A stretch of DNA of 64,000 bases, from NCBI GenBank assembly GCA_963823665.1, contig CAWGMQ010000007.1, forward strand, positions 320,001 through 384,000. Reading direction: 5' to 3'. The notes beneath the pieces were generated by a model, which searched no databases, had not been told where the DNA came from, and saw nothing but the letters and a program-made list of their open reading frames with translations. The DNA is from an uncultured Planctomycetota bacterium. GTDB lineage: Bacteria; Planctomycetota; Planctomycetia; Isosphaerales; Isosphaeraceae. Position numbers and translations under genes: made by a program. The stretch's first letter is position 1, and every line of letters starts with the position of its first letter. This document shows positions 63,429-64,000 of this stretch, piece after piece.

Positions 63429-64000
63429 TCACTGATCGGTCTTCGCATAGTCTTCAGGCTTCAATCCCTTTTTGAACCCTTTGAAGCCGAATGGCGTCGG
63501 GTGGTATTCACCCACGAGCGCGACGTCGCAGCGCTCCGGGATCTTCTCCTTCAGCCCCACGGCCCAGTAGGCGGCATTCACCAGCAGCCGGCGAACTCCT
63601 TCGCTTTCGAGGTCGGTGGCGGCGCCCATCGTCGTGGTGAAGATGCGTGCCTTCTTGCCGCTTTCACCCGTGTACGTCTTGATCCAGGCGACGGGCATCA
63701 TCGGATCGTTCTTCTTGCCCTCGAGCGGCTTGTCATCGGGCTTCATGCCCTGGAGCACCTGGCCGAGGATGATCGGTGTGCAGTCGGCGGGAGGGTGGGC
63801 CTCATAAACATCCGTCGGGCCCCAGATGTCGCCGTCCTTGATGCCACGCACGATCGGGTTTTCGTTCGCGCCCGGAGCGACGATGCCGCGAGTGCTCTCC
63901 TTGCCGTGGTTCCCGTGGTGGCTTACCCAGGTGTCGCCCAGCACCTGGCGGCCGAAGCCGCCATTCCATTCCTTGCTGTTCCACGTGTACTTTGCATAGG
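63429..64000 (-). CDS. ThuA-like domain protein (5' end outside the window)
   Basis: Open to the window edge (YAKYTWNSKEWNGGFGRQVLGDTWVSHHG...); PVAWIK, RIFTTTMG, RRLLVNAAYWAVG. Confidence 0.85.
   Translation of the reverse strand, partial: YAKYTWNSKEWNGGFGRQVLGDTWVSHHGNHGKESTRGIVAPGANENPIVRGIKDGDIWGPTDVYEAHPPADCTPIILGQVLQGMKPDDKPLEGKKNDPMMPVAWIKTYTGESGKKARIFTTTMGAATDLESEGVRRLLVNAAYWAVGLKEKIPERCDVALVGEYHPTPFGFKGFKKGLKPEDYAKTDQ

Overview
GC-rich (roughly 65% by eye) bacterial chromosomal DNA, very probably Planctomycetota and likely Isosphaeraceae-like. The evidence is five proteins with the planctomycete 'LE.R.LL' N-terminal motif, two ECF sigma factors with long C-terminal extensions, DUF1501, ThuA-like, CRTAC1/ASPIC-UnbV and Hint-domain proteins, and GTAG-type REP-like repeats. 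About 40 genes and one tRNA-Cys(GCA) are supportable. No CRISPR array, rRNA, integrase or transposase was seen. At least 11 genes are split by 1-nt-scale frameshifts, several at G/C homopolymers, which most likely reflects long-read assembly error. The leading candidates for undescribed systems are: (1) a MarR-controlled QueG/reductive-dehalogenase-like Fe-S enzyme fused to an SCP2 lipid-binding domain, with two matching operator palindromes; (2) a 15.6-kb co-directional block (GT-C glycosyltransferase, anti-sigma-like protein, and 1211-aa and ~2400-aa membrane proteins built from a shared repeated beta module); (3) a toxin-less secreted Hint protein ending H-D-N plus a 22-aa tail; (4) a sigma54-driven pair of exported proteins that both resemble protease inhibitors; (5) a surface protein with a hydrophobic helical domain inserted into a beta-helix. 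All family assignments are by eye from motifs; no database searches were run.
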